Assembly (NCBI GenBank): GCA_015134435.1
Contig: CP043989.1
Span: 180,705 to 212,704, forward strand
Direction: 5' to 3'
Source: Candidatus Saccharimonadota bacterium
Lineage (GTDB): Bacteria > Pseudomonadota > Gammaproteobacteria > Enterobacterales > Enterobacteriaceae
DNA: 32,000 nucleotides
Below the pieces are notes generated by a model, which was given only the letters and a program-made list of their open reading frames with translations, did not search any database and was not told the origin of the DNA. A program made the translations under genes and the position numbers. The stretch's first letter is position 1. Every line of letters begins with the position of its first letter. Shown here one piece after another: positions 11,583 through 27,285 of the stretch.

Positions 11583-11894
11583 TTATTTTAAACTAATTTG
11601 AACATCAACACCAGAAGCTAAATTTAATTTCATTAAAGCATCAACAGTTTTATCAGTAGATTCAATTATATCTATTAAACGTTTATGTGTTCTAATTTCA
11701 TATTGATCTCTTGCATCTTTATCTACATGAGGAGAAGTTAATACAGTAAAACGTTCAATAGAAGTAGGTAACGGAATAGGACCACAAACTTGTGCTCCAG
11801 TTTTTTTAGCTGTTTCTATTATCTCTAAAGTAGAAATATCTACTAAACGATGATCAAAAGATTTTAATTTTATACGTATTTTTTGATTTTTCAT
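11583..11894 (-). CDS. rpsJ: 30S ribosomal protein S10
   Basis: Intact 103-aa ORF, highly conserved: [14 protein letters not shown]...GPIPLPT...[28 protein letters not shown]. Confidence 0.97.
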   Translation of the reverse strand: MKNQKIRIKLKSFDHRLVDISTLEIIETAKKTGAQVCGPIPLPTSIERFTVLTSPHVDKDARDQYEIRTHKRLIDIIESTDKTVDALMKLNLASGVDVQISLK

Positions 11895-11905
11895 TTTTTT
11901 TTAAT

Positions 11906-13090
11906 TTATAAAATAATTTTAGTTACTATACCAGCACCAACTGTACGTCCACCTTCTCTTATAGCAAAACGTAAACCTTCATTCATAGCTACAGGATTAA
12001 ATAATTTAATTAAAAATTTAATATTATCACCAGGCATAACCATTTTTACTTTTTTTGGTAATTTTATAGTTCCAGTAACATCAGTAGTACGAAAATAAAA
12101 TTGAGGACGATATCCATTTAAAAAAGCAGTATGTCTACCTCCTTCTTCTTTAGATAAAATATATACTTCAGCTTCAAAAGAAGTATGAGGATTAATACTA
12201 CCAACTTTAGCTAAAACTTGACCTCTTTCAATCTCTTCTCTTTTAATACCTCTTAATAATATTCCAACATTTTCTCCAGCTCTACCTTCATTTAATAATT
12301 TACGAAACATTTCTATACCAGTACATATAGATTTTTTAGTATCACGTATACCAACAATTTCTACCTCTTCTCCAATTTTTATAATACCTTTATCTATTCT
12401 ACCAGTAACTACTGTACCTCTACCAGAAATAGAAAAAATATCTTCAATAGGCATTAAAAATGGTTCATCAATATTCCTAATAGGATTAGGTATATAATTA
12501 TCTAAAATTTCAGATAAATCAAAAATTTTATTTTCTCATTTCTCTATACCTTCTAAAGCTTTTAATGCAGATCCTCTAATAATAGGAGTATTACTTCCAG
12601 GAAAATTATATTGATTTAATATATCTCTAATTTCCATTTCAACTAATTCTAATAATTCTTTATCATCAACCATATCACATTTATTTAAAAAAACAATTAT
12701 ATATGGAACTCCTACTTGACGAGCTAACAATATATGTTCTCTAGTTTGAGGCATAGGACCATCTGTAGCAGAAACAACTAAAATTGCACCATCCATTTGT
12801 GCAGCTCCGGTAATCATATTTTTAATATAATCAGCATGACCAGGACAATCAACATGAGCATAATGTCTATTTAAAGTATCATATTCAACATGAGAAGTAT
12901 TAATTGTAATTCCTCTAGCTTTTTCTTCAGGAGCATTATCTATTTGATCAAATGTACATGCTTTACCACCATATTTTTTAGATAAAATAGTTGTTATAGC
13001 TGAAGTTAAAGTAGTTTTACCATGATCTACATGGCCTATAGTACCTACATTTATATGAATTTTATTACGATTAAATTTTTCTTTTGACAT
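11906..13090 (-). CDS. tuf: elongation factor Tu
   Basis: Track ORFs 12536..13090 and 11906..12454 share a frame and are joined through TGA 12536-12538 (GIEKWENKI; E. coli has EWEAKI). G-domain motifs [18 protein letters not shown] and NKCD are present. Product 394 aa. Confidence 0.98.
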
Positions 13091-13115
13091 AATTTATTCA
13101 CCTTAATATTATTAA

Positions 13116-15245
13116 TTAATTATTACGTAATTTTACTATTTTTTTACATATATCTCTAGGAGATATAGAATATTTATAAAATTTCATAAAATATAATGCT
13201 CTACCTTGAGTACAAGATCTTAAATCAGTAGCATAACCAAACATTTCTGATAAAGGTGTATATGATTTTATTAATTTACCCAAATTTATATCATTAACTT
13301 CTTCAATTATACTTCTACGACGATTTAAATCTCCTATAATATCACCTATATATTCTTCAGGAGTTTCAATTTCTACCTTCATTATAGGTTCTAATATTAC
13401 TGGATCAGCTTTTAAAAAAGCTTTTTTAAAAGCTATTGCTGCTGCCATTTTAAAAGCTATTTCTGAAGAATCAACATCATGATAAGATCCAAAAAATAAT
13501 CTAACTTTAATATTAGTTACAGGATATCCAGCTAAAGGACCTAATTTTAATTGTTCATATATACCTTTATTAATTGCTGATATATATTCATTAGGAATTA
13601 TTCCACCTTTAATATCATTTATAAATAAATAACCATTTTTTGATAATTTATATTCAGATTTTAATAAAGGAAATAAATCTATAACCACATGACCATATTG
13701 ACCTCTACCACCAGTCTGTTTTATATATTTACCTTCTATATTTTTAATACTATTTAATATAGTTTCCCTATAAGCAACTTCAGGCTTTCCTTTATTACAA
13801 TTAACATTAAATTCTCTTTTCATTCTATCAACAATTATATCTAAATGTAATTCACCCATACCAGATATTATAGTTTGATTTGATTCTTTATCAAAAAAAC
13901 TTTTAAAAGAAGGATCTTCTTGAGATAATTTAAATAAAGCAATACTTAATTTTTCTTGATCATATTTTGTTTTAGGTTCTAAAGATAAAGAAATAACAGG
14001 ATTAGGAAAATCTATTTTTTCTAAAATAATTGGATTATTTATATCACATAAAGTATCTCCAGTATTAACATCTTTTAAACCTATTGCTGCAGCAATATCA
14101 CCAGAAAAAATTTCTTTAATTTCTTCTTTTTTATTAGCATGCATTTGAACAATACGACCAATACGTTCATATTTATTTTTATTAGAATTTAAAATAATAT
14201 CACCTGATTTTATAGAACCAGAATATATTCTTAAAAAAGTTAAATTTCCTACAAAAATATCATTTATAATTTTAAAAGCTAAAGCTGAAAAAAACTCTTT
14301 ATCATCAATTTTACGTTTAACAACAAAATTATTTTTTAAATTTAAACCAGTTATTTCATTTAAATCTTTAGGAGAAGGTAAATAATCTATTATAGCATCT
14401 AATAAACATTGAATACCTTTATTTTTAAAAGCAGAACCACAAGTAACTAATAAAATATTATTTTTTAAAACTTCATTACGTAAAATATTTTTTATTTCAT
14501 ATTCATTAAAATCAATACCATCAAAATATTTATTCATTAATAAATCAGATTTATCAGCAACAAATTCTATTATTTTTTGACGTCAAAAATATGCTAAATC
14601 ATAAATTTTATTATCTTTTAAAATATCTTTAATAGAAAAATTTATTCCTAAATCATTTTTTTTTCAAATTATTAATTTAAATTTTATTAAATCAATAACA
14701 CCTAAAAAATTATTTTCTACACCTATAGGTATTTGTATAGGTAAAGCATTAATTTTAAATTTATTATTTAATTGATTAACAACATTAAAAAAATCAGCTC
14801 CTATTCTATCCATTTTATTAATAAAAGCTATTCTAGGAATATTATATTTATTTACTTGTCTTCAAACAGTTTCAGATTGAGGTTGTACTCCCCCAACAGA
14901 ACAATAAATCATAATAGCGCCATCTAAGACTCTCATAGAACGTTCTACTTCTATAGTAAAATCAACATGTCCTGGAGTATCAATTATATTTATTCTATAA
15001 GGTAATTTAAATTGTTTAAACATACCTGATCAAAAAGTAGTAGTTGAAGCAGAAGTAATAGTAATACCTCTTTCTTGTTCTTGTTCCATTCAATCCATAG
15101 TAGCAGTACCGTGATGAACCTCTCCTAATTTATAATTAACTCCTGTATAAAATAAAATTCTTTCAGTAAGAGTTGTTTTTCCAGCATCAATATGAGCACT
15201 AATTCCAATATTTCTATAATTATATATAGAAGTTTTACGAGACAT
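13116..15245 (-). CDS. fusA: elongation factor G
   Basis: ATG at 15243-15245. [35 protein letters not shown]...[20 protein letters not shown] is EF-G-like. It is in frame with track ORF 13116..14537 through several TGA(Trp) codons, for example 14583-14585. Product 709 aa. Confidence 0.97.
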
Positions 15246-15274
15246 TTAATTAAATTCCTCAAAACTATTTATAA

Positions 15275-15751
15275 TTATCATCTATAATGAGCAAAAGCTT
15301 TATTAGATTCAGCCATACGATGAACTTCATCACGTTTTTTAATAGAAAAACCTTTTTTTTTTATAGCATCTAATAATTCATCAGATAATTTTAAAATCAT
15401 ATTTTTTTTATTTGATCTCTTTCTTGCATAAAATATTATTCAACGTATTGCTAAAGTATAACCTCTAGAAGGTTTAACTTCTACAGGAATTTGATAAGTT
15501 GTTCCACCTACTCTTCTAGATTTTACTTCAACAATAGGTTTAACATTATTTATAGCTTTTTCTAATAAAAATAATCTATCTTTTTTACTTTTATTAGATA
15601 AAATATTTAATGAACTATATAAAATATTTTCAGCAATAGATTTTTTACCATTTAACATTAAAATATTAATAAATTTAGTAATTAATTTAGAATTATATAT
15701 ATAATCTGGAATAATATTACGTGAAATATTAATTATATTTTTTCTTGACAT
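15275..15751 (-). CDS. rpsG: 30S ribosomal protein S7
   Basis: Track ORF 15440..15751 ends at TGA. Read-through gives ...[15 protein letters not shown]...[21 protein letters not shown], with both Trp encoded by TGA. This matches the E. coli S7 C-terminus ...AMRWIVEAARKRGDK...[21 protein letters not shown]. Confidence 0.95.
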
Positions 15752-15777
15752 ATAATTTTACTCTTTTATTATATAAA

Positions 15778-16146
15778 TTATTTTTTTTTAACTCCATATT
15801 TTGATCTAGATCTTTTTCTATTTTTAACACCAATACAATCTAAAGAACCACGAATAACATGATAACGTACACCAGGTAAATCTTTTACTCTTCCACCTCT
15901 AATTAAAACAACTGAATGTTCTTGTAAATTATGACCTTCACCAGGAATATAAGCAGTTACTTCAAAACCATTTGTTAAACGAACTCTACATACTTTTCTT
16001 AATGCAGAATTAGGTTTTTTAGGTGTAATAGTATAAACTTTAATACAAACTCCTCTTTTTTGAGGACATCCACATAAAGCTGGAACATTATTTTTATTCT
16101 TTTTTTTTATACGAAATTTATTTATTAATTGATTAATAGTAGACAT
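15778..16146 (-). CDS. rpsL: 30S ribosomal protein S12
   Basis: Intact 122-aa ORF, highly conserved: [65 protein letters not shown]. Confidence 0.98.
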   Translation of the reverse strand: MSTINQLINKFRIKKKNKNNVPALCGCPQKRGVCIKVYTITPKKPNSALRKVCRVRLTNGFEVTAYIPGEGHNLQEHSVVLIRGGRVKDLPGVRYHVIRGSLDCIGVKNRKRSRSKYGVKKK

Positions 16147-16195
16147 TTTTTACCTATATTTAAAATAAATACTATAATATTACATTTTATATATT

Positions 16196-16292
16196 TATAT
16201 TTATAAATTATAATAATATATATATTATAATATATATATATATTATAATATATAATTATATATATAATATATATATAATATAATAATTATAT
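16196..16292. repeat. TA-rich low-complexity divergent spacer between the rpsL operon (-) and the tRNA-Cys/Leu-def-fmt unit (+)
   Basis: The region is essentially a run of T and A only. The 16-nt word tatattataatatata occurs at 16221 and again at 16239, an 18-nt period. Many TATAAT-like words occur on both strands. Promoter function is inferred from position only. Confidence 0.4.
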
Positions 16293-16363
16293 AGCGTGTT
16301 GGCAGATAGGTAATGCAGTGGATTGCAAATCCATATATCTCGGTTCAATTCCGAGACACGCTT
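16293..16363 (+). tRNA. cysT: tRNA-Cys (anticodon GCA)
   Basis: Hand-folded cloverleaf. Acceptor AGCGTGT/ACACGCT, anticodon stem GTGGA/TCCAT with loop TTGCAAA, T-arm CTCGG-TTCAATT-CCGAG. No encoded CCA. Confidence 0.9.
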
Positions 16364-16369
16364 ATAAAA

Positions 16370-16453
16370 GCCCTAGTGGTGAAAAGGTAGACACAAGGGA
16401 CTTAAAATCCCTCGATTAAATAAATCATGCGGGTTCGAATCCCGCCTTGGGTA
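16370..16453 (+). tRNA. leuZ: tRNA-Leu (anticodon UAA), class II
   Basis: Colinear with E. coli tRNA-Leu(UAA). Acceptor GCCCTAG, anticodon arm AGGGA-CTTAAAA-TCCCT, long variable arm, T-arm GCGGG-TTCGAAT-CCCGC. One U-U mismatch in the acceptor stem. No encoded CCA. The Cys-Leu adjacency matches E. coli cysT-leuZ. Confidence 0.9.
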
Positions 16454-16470
16454 TAAAAATAAATATATTT

Positions 16471-16917
16471 ATGTCAAAAATATTAATTTATCCAAATAAA
16501 ATTTTAAGAAAAAAAAGTAAAAAAATAAATAAATTTAATAATAAATTAAAAAAAATAATAAATAATATGTTTATTATAATGTATAAATATAATGGTATTG
16601 GTTTATCAGGTATACAAATTAATATAAAAAAATCTATATTTATAATAGATATATTAAAAAAAAAAAATAGTAAATTAATATTTATTAACCCAAAAATAAT
16701 AAAAAAAAAAAAAATAATAAAATCAATAGAAGGATGTTTATCAATACCTAATAAATATATAAAAATTAAAAGATATAAATATTTAATAATAAAATCATAT
16801 AATATAAAAGGTAAAAAAAATATTTTTTATACAAAAAATTTATTATCAATATGTATACAACATGAAATAGATCACATAAATGGAAAATTAATAATAGATT
16901 ATAAAAATGAAAAATAA
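16471..16917 (+). CDS. def: peptide deformylase
   Basis: Start taken as ATG 16471 (MSKILIYPNKILR), because the track's start at 16447 overlaps the tRNA-Leu. Deformylase motifs are present: GIGLSGIQ, EGCLSIP, QHEIDHINGKL. Confidence 0.92.
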   Translation: MSKILIYPNKILRKKSKKINKFNNKLKKIINNMFIIMYKYNGIGLSGIQINIKKSIFIIDILKKKNSKLIFINPKIIKKKKIIKSIEGCLSIPNKYIKIKRYKYLIIKSYNIKGKKNIFYTKNLLSICIQHEIDHINGKLIIDYKNEK

Positions 16918-17842
16918 AATAAATATATTATTTGTTAGTATTAATGATTTTAGTTGAATTTTTTTTAAAAAAATTATTAAAAATAAATTATTTAATATAA
17001 AATATATATTAACAAAAAAAAATAAAAATAATAAATTATTTATAAAAAAAATTTTAAAAAAAAAAATAAAAATAATATATACACAATCTATAAAAAAATT
17101 AAAAAAAATTAAAAATAAATTAAAAAATATTAATTTAGATTTAGGTATAATTATATCTTATGGATTTATAATACCAAAATCAATAATTAAAATACCTAAA
17201 TTTGGTTTTATAAATATACATGCATCTTTATTACCAAAATGAAAAGGACCTGCTCCAATACAGTGATCTATATTATCAAATGATAAAAATACTGGAATAA
17301 CAATAATAAAAATTAATAAAAATATAGATGAAGGAGATATAATATATCAAAAAAAAATATTAATAAAAAAAAAAGATAATTATATAACATTATTTAAAAA
17401 AATACAAAAAATAGGATATAAAATATTACCTATAATTATAATAAAAATATTTAATAAAAATATAAAATATATAAAACAAAAAATTATAAAAAATAAATAT
17501 GCAAGAAAAATAATAAAAAAAGATGGTTTAATAATATGAAAAAAAGATAAAGCTGAATATATAAAAAAAAAAATTAAAGCTTTTTATAAATGACCAAAAA
17601 CTTTTTTTTATTATTTAAATAAAATATTTTTTATATGATCAATTTCAATTATAAAAAAATTAAAAAAAAAAAATATACCAGGAAAAATTTTAAAATATAA
17701 TAAAAATGAATTAATTATATGTACTAAAAATATACCAATAAAAATAAAAAAAATTCAATTAAATAATAAAAAAAAAATTAAAATATCAAATTTATTTTAT
17801 TCACAACCAAAATTATTTATTATAAATAAAATATTAAAATAA
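16907..17842 (+). CDS. fmt: methionyl-tRNA formyltransferase
   Basis: Absent from the track because of 6 internal TGA codons. Hand translation from ATG 16907 to TAA 17840-17842 gives 311 aa. It contains ...ISYGFIIPKSIIKIPKFGFINIHASLLPKWKGPAPIQWSILSNDKNTGITIIKINKNIDEGDIIYQ, the Fmt core motif. It overlaps def by 11 nt. Confidence 0.88.
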
Positions 17843-17850
17843 AAATTTTT

Positions 17851-18606
17851 TTATTTTTTTTTAATTTGTCTTAATATTTCAAAAATAATTATACCATAAG
17901 CAACAGATACATTTAATGAATTAATTTTAAATATAGGTATATTTAATAATATATCACATTTTTTTTTAATAGATAATTTAATTCCATTTTTTTCAGAACC
18001 TAATATTAAAGCATAATTTTTATAATTTAAAAAATTTATATCATATAAATTTTTTTTACTATTAATACATGTACCTATAATTTTAAAATTATATAATTTT
18101 AAAAAAATTATTATTTTATATATAGATAAAACTTCAAAAATTAATATTTTATATATAGCTCCATTAGAAATTTTATGAACTATATTATTTTCTATAGAAA
18201 CAGAATTATTTTTACTTACTATTATACAATCTATATTTGCTGCAACAGCAGTTCTTATACAAGAACCTAAATTATAAGGACTATTAATATTATCTAAAAT
18301 TAATAAATTATTTAATTTTTTATTTTTAATAATATATAAAAGTTTTTTTTCATTATTATTATTAAATAATTTATTTTTTACTAAAGCTATTATACCTTGA
18401 TGAATAAAATTAAATTTTTTAAATTTTTTTTTAAAAATATATTTATTTAAAATTTGAAAAGATATTTTTTCATTAATAATTATTTTTTTCAAATTTAATA
18501 ATTTTATATTTTTTTTATTTAAACATAAAAATATTTTATTAATATATTTTTTTTTATATAAAATTAAATTTTTAATTGTATTAATACCATAAAAAAAATT
18601 TATCAT
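17851..18606 (-). CDS. rlmB: 23S rRNA (guanosine-2'-O-)-methyltransferase, SpoU/TrmH family
   Basis: Intact 251-aa ORF colinear with E. coli RlmB. Matching segments include FYGINTIKNLI, HQGIIA, LILDNINSPYNLGSCIRTAVAANIDCIIV, LILGSEKNGI and IPIFKINSLNVSVAYGIIIFE. Confidence 0.85.
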   Translation of the reverse strand: MINFFYGINTIKNLILYKKKYINKIFLCLNKKNIKLLNLKKIIINEKISFQILNKYIFKKKFKKFNFIHQGIIALVKNKLFNNNNEKKLLYIIKNKKLNNLLILDNINSPYNLGSCIRTAVAANIDCIIVSKNNSVSIENNIVHKISNGAIYKILIFEVLSIYKIIIFLKLYNFKIIGTCINSKKNLYDINFLNYKNYALILGSEKNGIKLSIKKKCDILLNIPIFKINSLNVSVAYGIIIFEILRQIKKK

Positions 18607-18615
18607 AATAATTTA

Positions 18616-19875
18616 TTAATTTATTTTTTTTATAAAAGAATATTTTTTAATTAAATTTAAAAAAATTTTTTTTTTTAATATTATATTCATATAACAATAA
18701 ATATTATCATTTCATTCATTTATTATAGAATTATTTATATATAATTTTTTTTTTATTTTATAAACTAAATTTATAGGAATCATAATTTTATAATTTTTAA
18801 TAGAATTAAAAAAATAAAAATTAATAACATCATAAATTAAATTAATACCTATGTTTTTTTTAGCTGAAATTCAAATTTTATAAGGATTTTTATATAAATC
18901 AAAATCAATTTTTTTATTACAATTTTTTATTTTATCTATTTTATTCATAATTAATATTATAGGTATATTAAATATATTAATATCATATAAAATATTATTT
19001 ACTATATTAATATTTTCATTAAAATATATATTAGATGCATCAACTACATGAAATATAAGTTTTGATTTATTAATTTCATCTAAAGTTCCTTTAAAAGCTT
19101 TCTTTATATTTTTAGGTAAATTTCTTATAAAACCTATAGTATCAGATAATAAAATATTATATTTAAATTTAAAAAAAATTATTTTTTTTATATAAGTATC
19201 TAAAGTAGAAAAAAAATTATTTTTACAATAATTATTATTATTAGTTAATAAATTAAATAAAGTTGATTTACCAGAATTAGTATATCCTACTAAAGAAATT
19301 TTAGGTATATTAAATTTATTTCTTAATTTTTCACTTTTATTTCTTTGAAAAATATTTTTTTTTAATTTTAAATTAATAATTTTAATTTTTTTTCTAATAA
19401 TTCTTTTATCTATTTCAATTTGTTTTTCACCTGGACCAGATATAAATTTTAAACCACCTTTTTGTCTTTCTAAATGAGTTCATCTATTTTTTAAACGTGT
19501 ACTTAAATATTTTAAATAAGCTAAATTTACTTGTAATTTTCCATAATTAGTATTAGCTCTATTTTTAAAAATATTTAATATAATATTAGTTCTATTTAAT
19601 AATTTACAATTTAAAAATTTTTGTATATTATTTTCTTGTGAATATTTTAAATCAATATTTATTAATAATAAATTATATTTTTTTTCAAAAAAAATTTTTT
19701 TTAATTCAAATATTTTACCTTTACCAAAAAAAAATTTATTATTTGGTTTAATAATTTTTAAACTTATATATTTAAAATTTTTTATATTTAAAGATAAAAC
19801 TAATTTTTTAAATTCTTTTTTTTCAATAATATTAATATATTTATTATATATAAATATAGCTAATTTTTTTTTCAT
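18616..19875 (-). CDS. hflX: GTPase HflX
   Basis: Track ORF 19480..19875 ends at TGA. Read-through gives ...[52 protein letters not shown]...ISLVGYTNSGKST, the HflX signature. I followed the frame codon by codon at both ends, to TAA 18616-18618. Product 419 aa. Confidence 0.88.
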
Positions 19876-19892
19876 TAATATTATAATTTAAA

Positions 19893-20837
19893 TTAATTAA
19901 TAATTTTATTTATATAATTATAAATTTTTTTTATACAATTTTTATAATTATCTACTTCTATTATATAAGAATTAAATCATTTTTTTAATCAAACTATTTG
20001 TTTCTTAATTAAATGAAACGTACTATTTATAGTATATTCAATCATTTGATTATAAGAAATTTTATTTTGAATATATAATCACATTTGTTTATATCCTATA
20101 GATTTTATAGAAGTCATATTTATATTTAAATCTCCTCTATTATATAAATATAATACTTCATTCTCAAAACCTAAATTTAACATATTATAAAATCTATTTT
20201 TAATAATTTTATATAAAACATTTTTATTAGATGGTAAAAGTATAATTTTATGAAATTTAAAATTTAATTTATTTTTATTTTTTTTTTTTAAAAAACTAAC
20301 ACTTTTTTTACTAATAAAAAAAATTTCTAAATTTCTTATTATTCTATATTTATCATTATAATGTATTTTTTTAGAAGATAGTAAATCTACTTTTTTTAAT
20401 ATATTAAATACATATTTATTACCATAATTTTTAAATAATAAATTAATATATTTTCTAATATTAATATTTGTTTTAGGTAAATTATATAATCCATTAAATA
20501 AAACATTAAAATACATCATAGAACCACCTACTAAAAAAGGAATATTATTTTTAATAAAAATACAATTAATTTCTTTTTTAACATCATAAAAAAAATTATT
20601 TACAGAATAATATTCTTTAGGATCTAAAATATTAATTAATTTATGAGGATATTTTATTAATTCTTTTTTAGAAGGTTTAGCGGTACCTATATCTAAATAT
20701 TTATATATTAAAACTGAATCTACACTAATTATCTCTAAAGGAAATAAATTACATAATTCCATAGAAATAAAACTTTTACCTATACCAGTAGGTCCTAAAA
20801 TACAAAAAACATTTTTATTATAAATATTTTTAAACAT
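19893..20837 (-). CDS. miaA: tRNA dimethylallyltransferase
   Basis: Track ORF 20079..20837 has the P-loop ILGPTGIGKS and ends at TGA. I checked the read-through codon by codon: ...IGYKQMWLYIQNKISYNQMIEYTINSTFHLIKKQIVWLKKWFN..., to TAA 19893-19895. Product 314 aa. Confidence 0.88.
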
Positions 20838-20952
20838 AAAAAATTAAATAATATATATATAAATATTATATTTATTTATTAAAAAAAATTAAAAATTATT
20901 AATAATATTAATTATATTTAAAATTTTTTAATAAAAATTTTTTATAAAATAA

Positions 20953-21025
20953 AGCGGAAAACGAGATTTGAACTCGTGACTTTAACCTTGGCAAGGTTAT
21001 ACTCTACCAACTGAGTTATTTCCGC
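20953..21025 (-). tRNA. tRNA-Gly (anticodon GCC)
   Basis: The reverse complement GCGGAAATAACTCAGTTGGTAGAGTATAACCTTGCCAAGGTTAAAGTCACGAGTTCAAATCTCGTTTTCCGCT is colinear with E. coli tRNA-Gly(GCC). Anticodon loop TTGCCAA. No encoded CCA. Confidence 0.92.
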
Positions 21026-21068
21026 ATAAAATTATAAATATATACTTTAAAAATAATAAAAATATATT

Positions 21069-21142
21069 CGGTACGAACGGGATTTGAACCCGTGATCTCC
21101 AGCGTGACAGGCTGACATTCTAACCAACTGAACTATCGTACC
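21069..21142 (-). tRNA. tRNA-Asp (anticodon GUC)
   Basis: The reverse complement GGTACGATAGTTCAGTTGGTTAGAATGTCAGCCTGTCACGCTGGAGATCACGGGTTCAAATCCCGTTCGTACCG has anticodon loop CTGTCAC. It lies 6 nt downstream of the 5S rRNA. No encoded CCA. Confidence 0.92.
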
Positions 21143-21148
21143 AAATAT

Positions 21149-21266
21149 TTCTGGCGATGTCTTACTCTCACATAAGAAAAACCTTACACTACCATCAGCG
21201 CTATGACATTTCACTTCTGAGTTCGAAATGGATTCAGGTGGTTCTATCATGCTATTATCGCCAGAA
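21149..21266 (-). rRNA. rrf: 5S ribosomal RNA
   Basis: The reverse complement aligns with E. coli 5S (...CCACCTGA..CCAT..CGAACTCAGAAGTGAAA...AGCGC.GATGGTAGTGT...GAGAGTA). The terminal helix TTCTGGCGA/TCGCCAGAA defines the ends to within 2 nt. Confidence 0.9.
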
Positions 21267-21288
21267 ATTAAAACATTTTTAAATTGCG

Positions 21289-24223
<2,935 letters not shown>

Positions 24224-24260
24224 CGCAATTTAAAAATGTCTTACAATTATTAAAGAACTA

Positions 24261-24333
24261 CGTCTCCTAGGGGAATCGAACCCCTGCTATCGCCGTGAAA
24301 AAGCGATGTCCTAAACCTCTAGACGAAGAAGAC
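24261..24333 (-). tRNA. tRNA-Glu (anticodon UUC) in the 16S-23S spacer
   Basis: The reverse complement GTCTTCTTCGTCTAGAGGTTTAGGACATCGCTTTTTCACGGCGATAGCAGGGGTTCGATTCCCCTAGGAGACG is colinear with E. coli tRNA-Glu. Anticodon loop TTTTCAC. No encoded CCA. Confidence 0.92.
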
Positions 24334-24383
24334 AAAATAAAAAATAAAAAACTGTGTAATACTTATAAAATATTTATCCTTAA

Positions 24384-25950
<1,567 letters not shown>

Positions 25951-26150
25951 ATACAACAATATATAATGTTCTTAAAATAAAAAACATTTTAAGAATCAAA
26001 AAAATTTATTAATATTTTACAAGCACTTACACAGTTAATTATTTTTTTAAAAGAACAAAAAAACTATAAAACAAATATAATATACTAATATAACAAAAAA
26101 AAAAAAATAAAACAAGTAAAATATATATATATTTTTTTAAAATATTAAAA

Positions 26151-26603
26151 TTATTTAATAGAAATTATATTAATAATAAATTTAATTTTTTTTTTTTTAA
26201 ATAAATTAATATATATTATATGTTTTCCTATATATTTTATAGAACCATTTGGTAAAAAAATATTTTTTTTAGAAATTTTAAATTTTAATTTTTTTAAAAA
26301 AATTTTACAAATATCAAATATTTTTAAAGAATCAAATAATTTTCCTTTTTTACTACATCTATAATATAATTTCATAGGTGATAATAAAATTATTTTTTTA
26401 TAAATAAAATTTAATTTATTTTTATTTTTTTTTTTAATTTTTAAAAATAATATTTTTTTTTTATTAATTTTATTAATATTATATTTATTAAAATATAATG
26501 CTTTACTATAAGGAATTAAATAATTTCTAGCATATCCTTTACTAACATTAATAATATTACCTATTTTACCTAATTCCTTTTTCAAAATTATAATTTTAAC
26601 CAT
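26151..26603 (-). CDS. rplI: 50S ribosomal protein L9
   Basis: Intact 150-aa ORF. MVKIIILKKELGKIGNIINVSKGYARNYLIPYSKA matches the L9 N-domain (E. coli [36 protein letters not shown]). Confidence 0.9.
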   Translation of the reverse strand: MVKIIILKKELGKIGNIINVSKGYARNYLIPYSKALYFNKYNINKINKKKILFLKIKKKNKNKLNFIYKKIILLSPMKLYYRCSKKGKLFDSLKIFDICKIFLKKLKFKISKKNIFLPNGSIKYIGKHIIYINLFKKKKIKFIINIISIK

Positions 26604-26615
26604 AATATAATTAAC

Positions 26616-26846
26616 CTAAAAATTTTGATGTAAATCAGTATAACAAATTAAAGATAAATATCTAGCTCTTTTAATAGCAATAGATAATTTTCTTTGAAAT
26701 TTTGAAGAAATACCAGTAACCCTAGAAGGAATTATTTTATTACATTCAGTTATATATTTTTTTAATATATCTACATTTTTATAATCAATTTCTTTAAAAT
26801 TATTTAATTTAAAATAACAATATTTTTTATTTTTATTAAATCTCAT
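26616..26846 (-). CDS. rpsR: 30S ribosomal protein S18
   Basis: Intact 76-aa [50 protein letters not shown] is S18-like. Confidence 0.93.
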   Translation of the reverse strand: MRFNKNKKYCYFKLNNFKEIDYKNVDILKKYITECNKIIPSRVTGISSKFQRKLSIAIKRARYLSLICYTDLHQNF

Positions 26847-26863
26847 TTTAAAATCACCAAAAA

Positions 26864-27190
26864 TTAATTAACATTATTTTTACTAATAAAAATTGATTTT
26901 TCACTTTCTGCATTTTTTTTTCTAATAATAATATATCTTAAAATATTTTTATTTAATTTTAAATCATTAAATATTAAATTAATTATATTAATTTTAACTT
27001 CAATATTCATAAGAATATAATAAGCTTTATTATTATTTTTAATATTATAAGCTAATTTTCTTAAACCTCAATTTTCTAATCTATGTATTTTTCCATTTTT
27101 ATTTACAATATTAGAATAATATTTAATAATATCATTAATATAAATATTTTTATTAAAATATATCATTAATATAATTTCATAATGACGCAT
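26864..27190 (-). CDS. rpsF: 30S ribosomal protein S6
   Basis: Absent from the track because it is split by TGA. Hand translation from ATG 27188-27190 to TAA 26864-26866 gives 109 codons: [15 protein letters not shown]...[33 protein letters not shown]. This is colinear with E. coli S6 (MRHYEIVFMV...[33 protein letters not shown]). Confidence 0.92.
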
Positions 27191-27285
27191 ATTATTACCT
27201 TTAATTTTTTTAAAATAAATTTATTTATAAAATAAAATTAAAAAAAAAATAAAAACAAAATTATATAATTAAATTAATAAATAAA

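Noticed and set aside
11883-12098. Plus-strand ORF of 71 aa.
   Set aside because: It is antisense to the 3' part of tuf and has no independent support.
16447-16470. Upstream start for def at 16447 (MGIKINIF...).
   Set aside because: It overlaps the 3' end of tRNA-Leu(UAA). Deformylase homology starts at MSKILIYPNKILR (ATG 16471).
25969-25995. The hairpin ttcttaaaat-aaaaaac-attttaagaa, considered as an intrinsic terminator for rplI.
   Set aside because: It is not followed by a U-run on the minus-strand transcript. It sits about 20 nt upstream of the mature 16S 5' end, downstream of where an rrn promoter must lie. It is more plausibly part of the rRNA leader.
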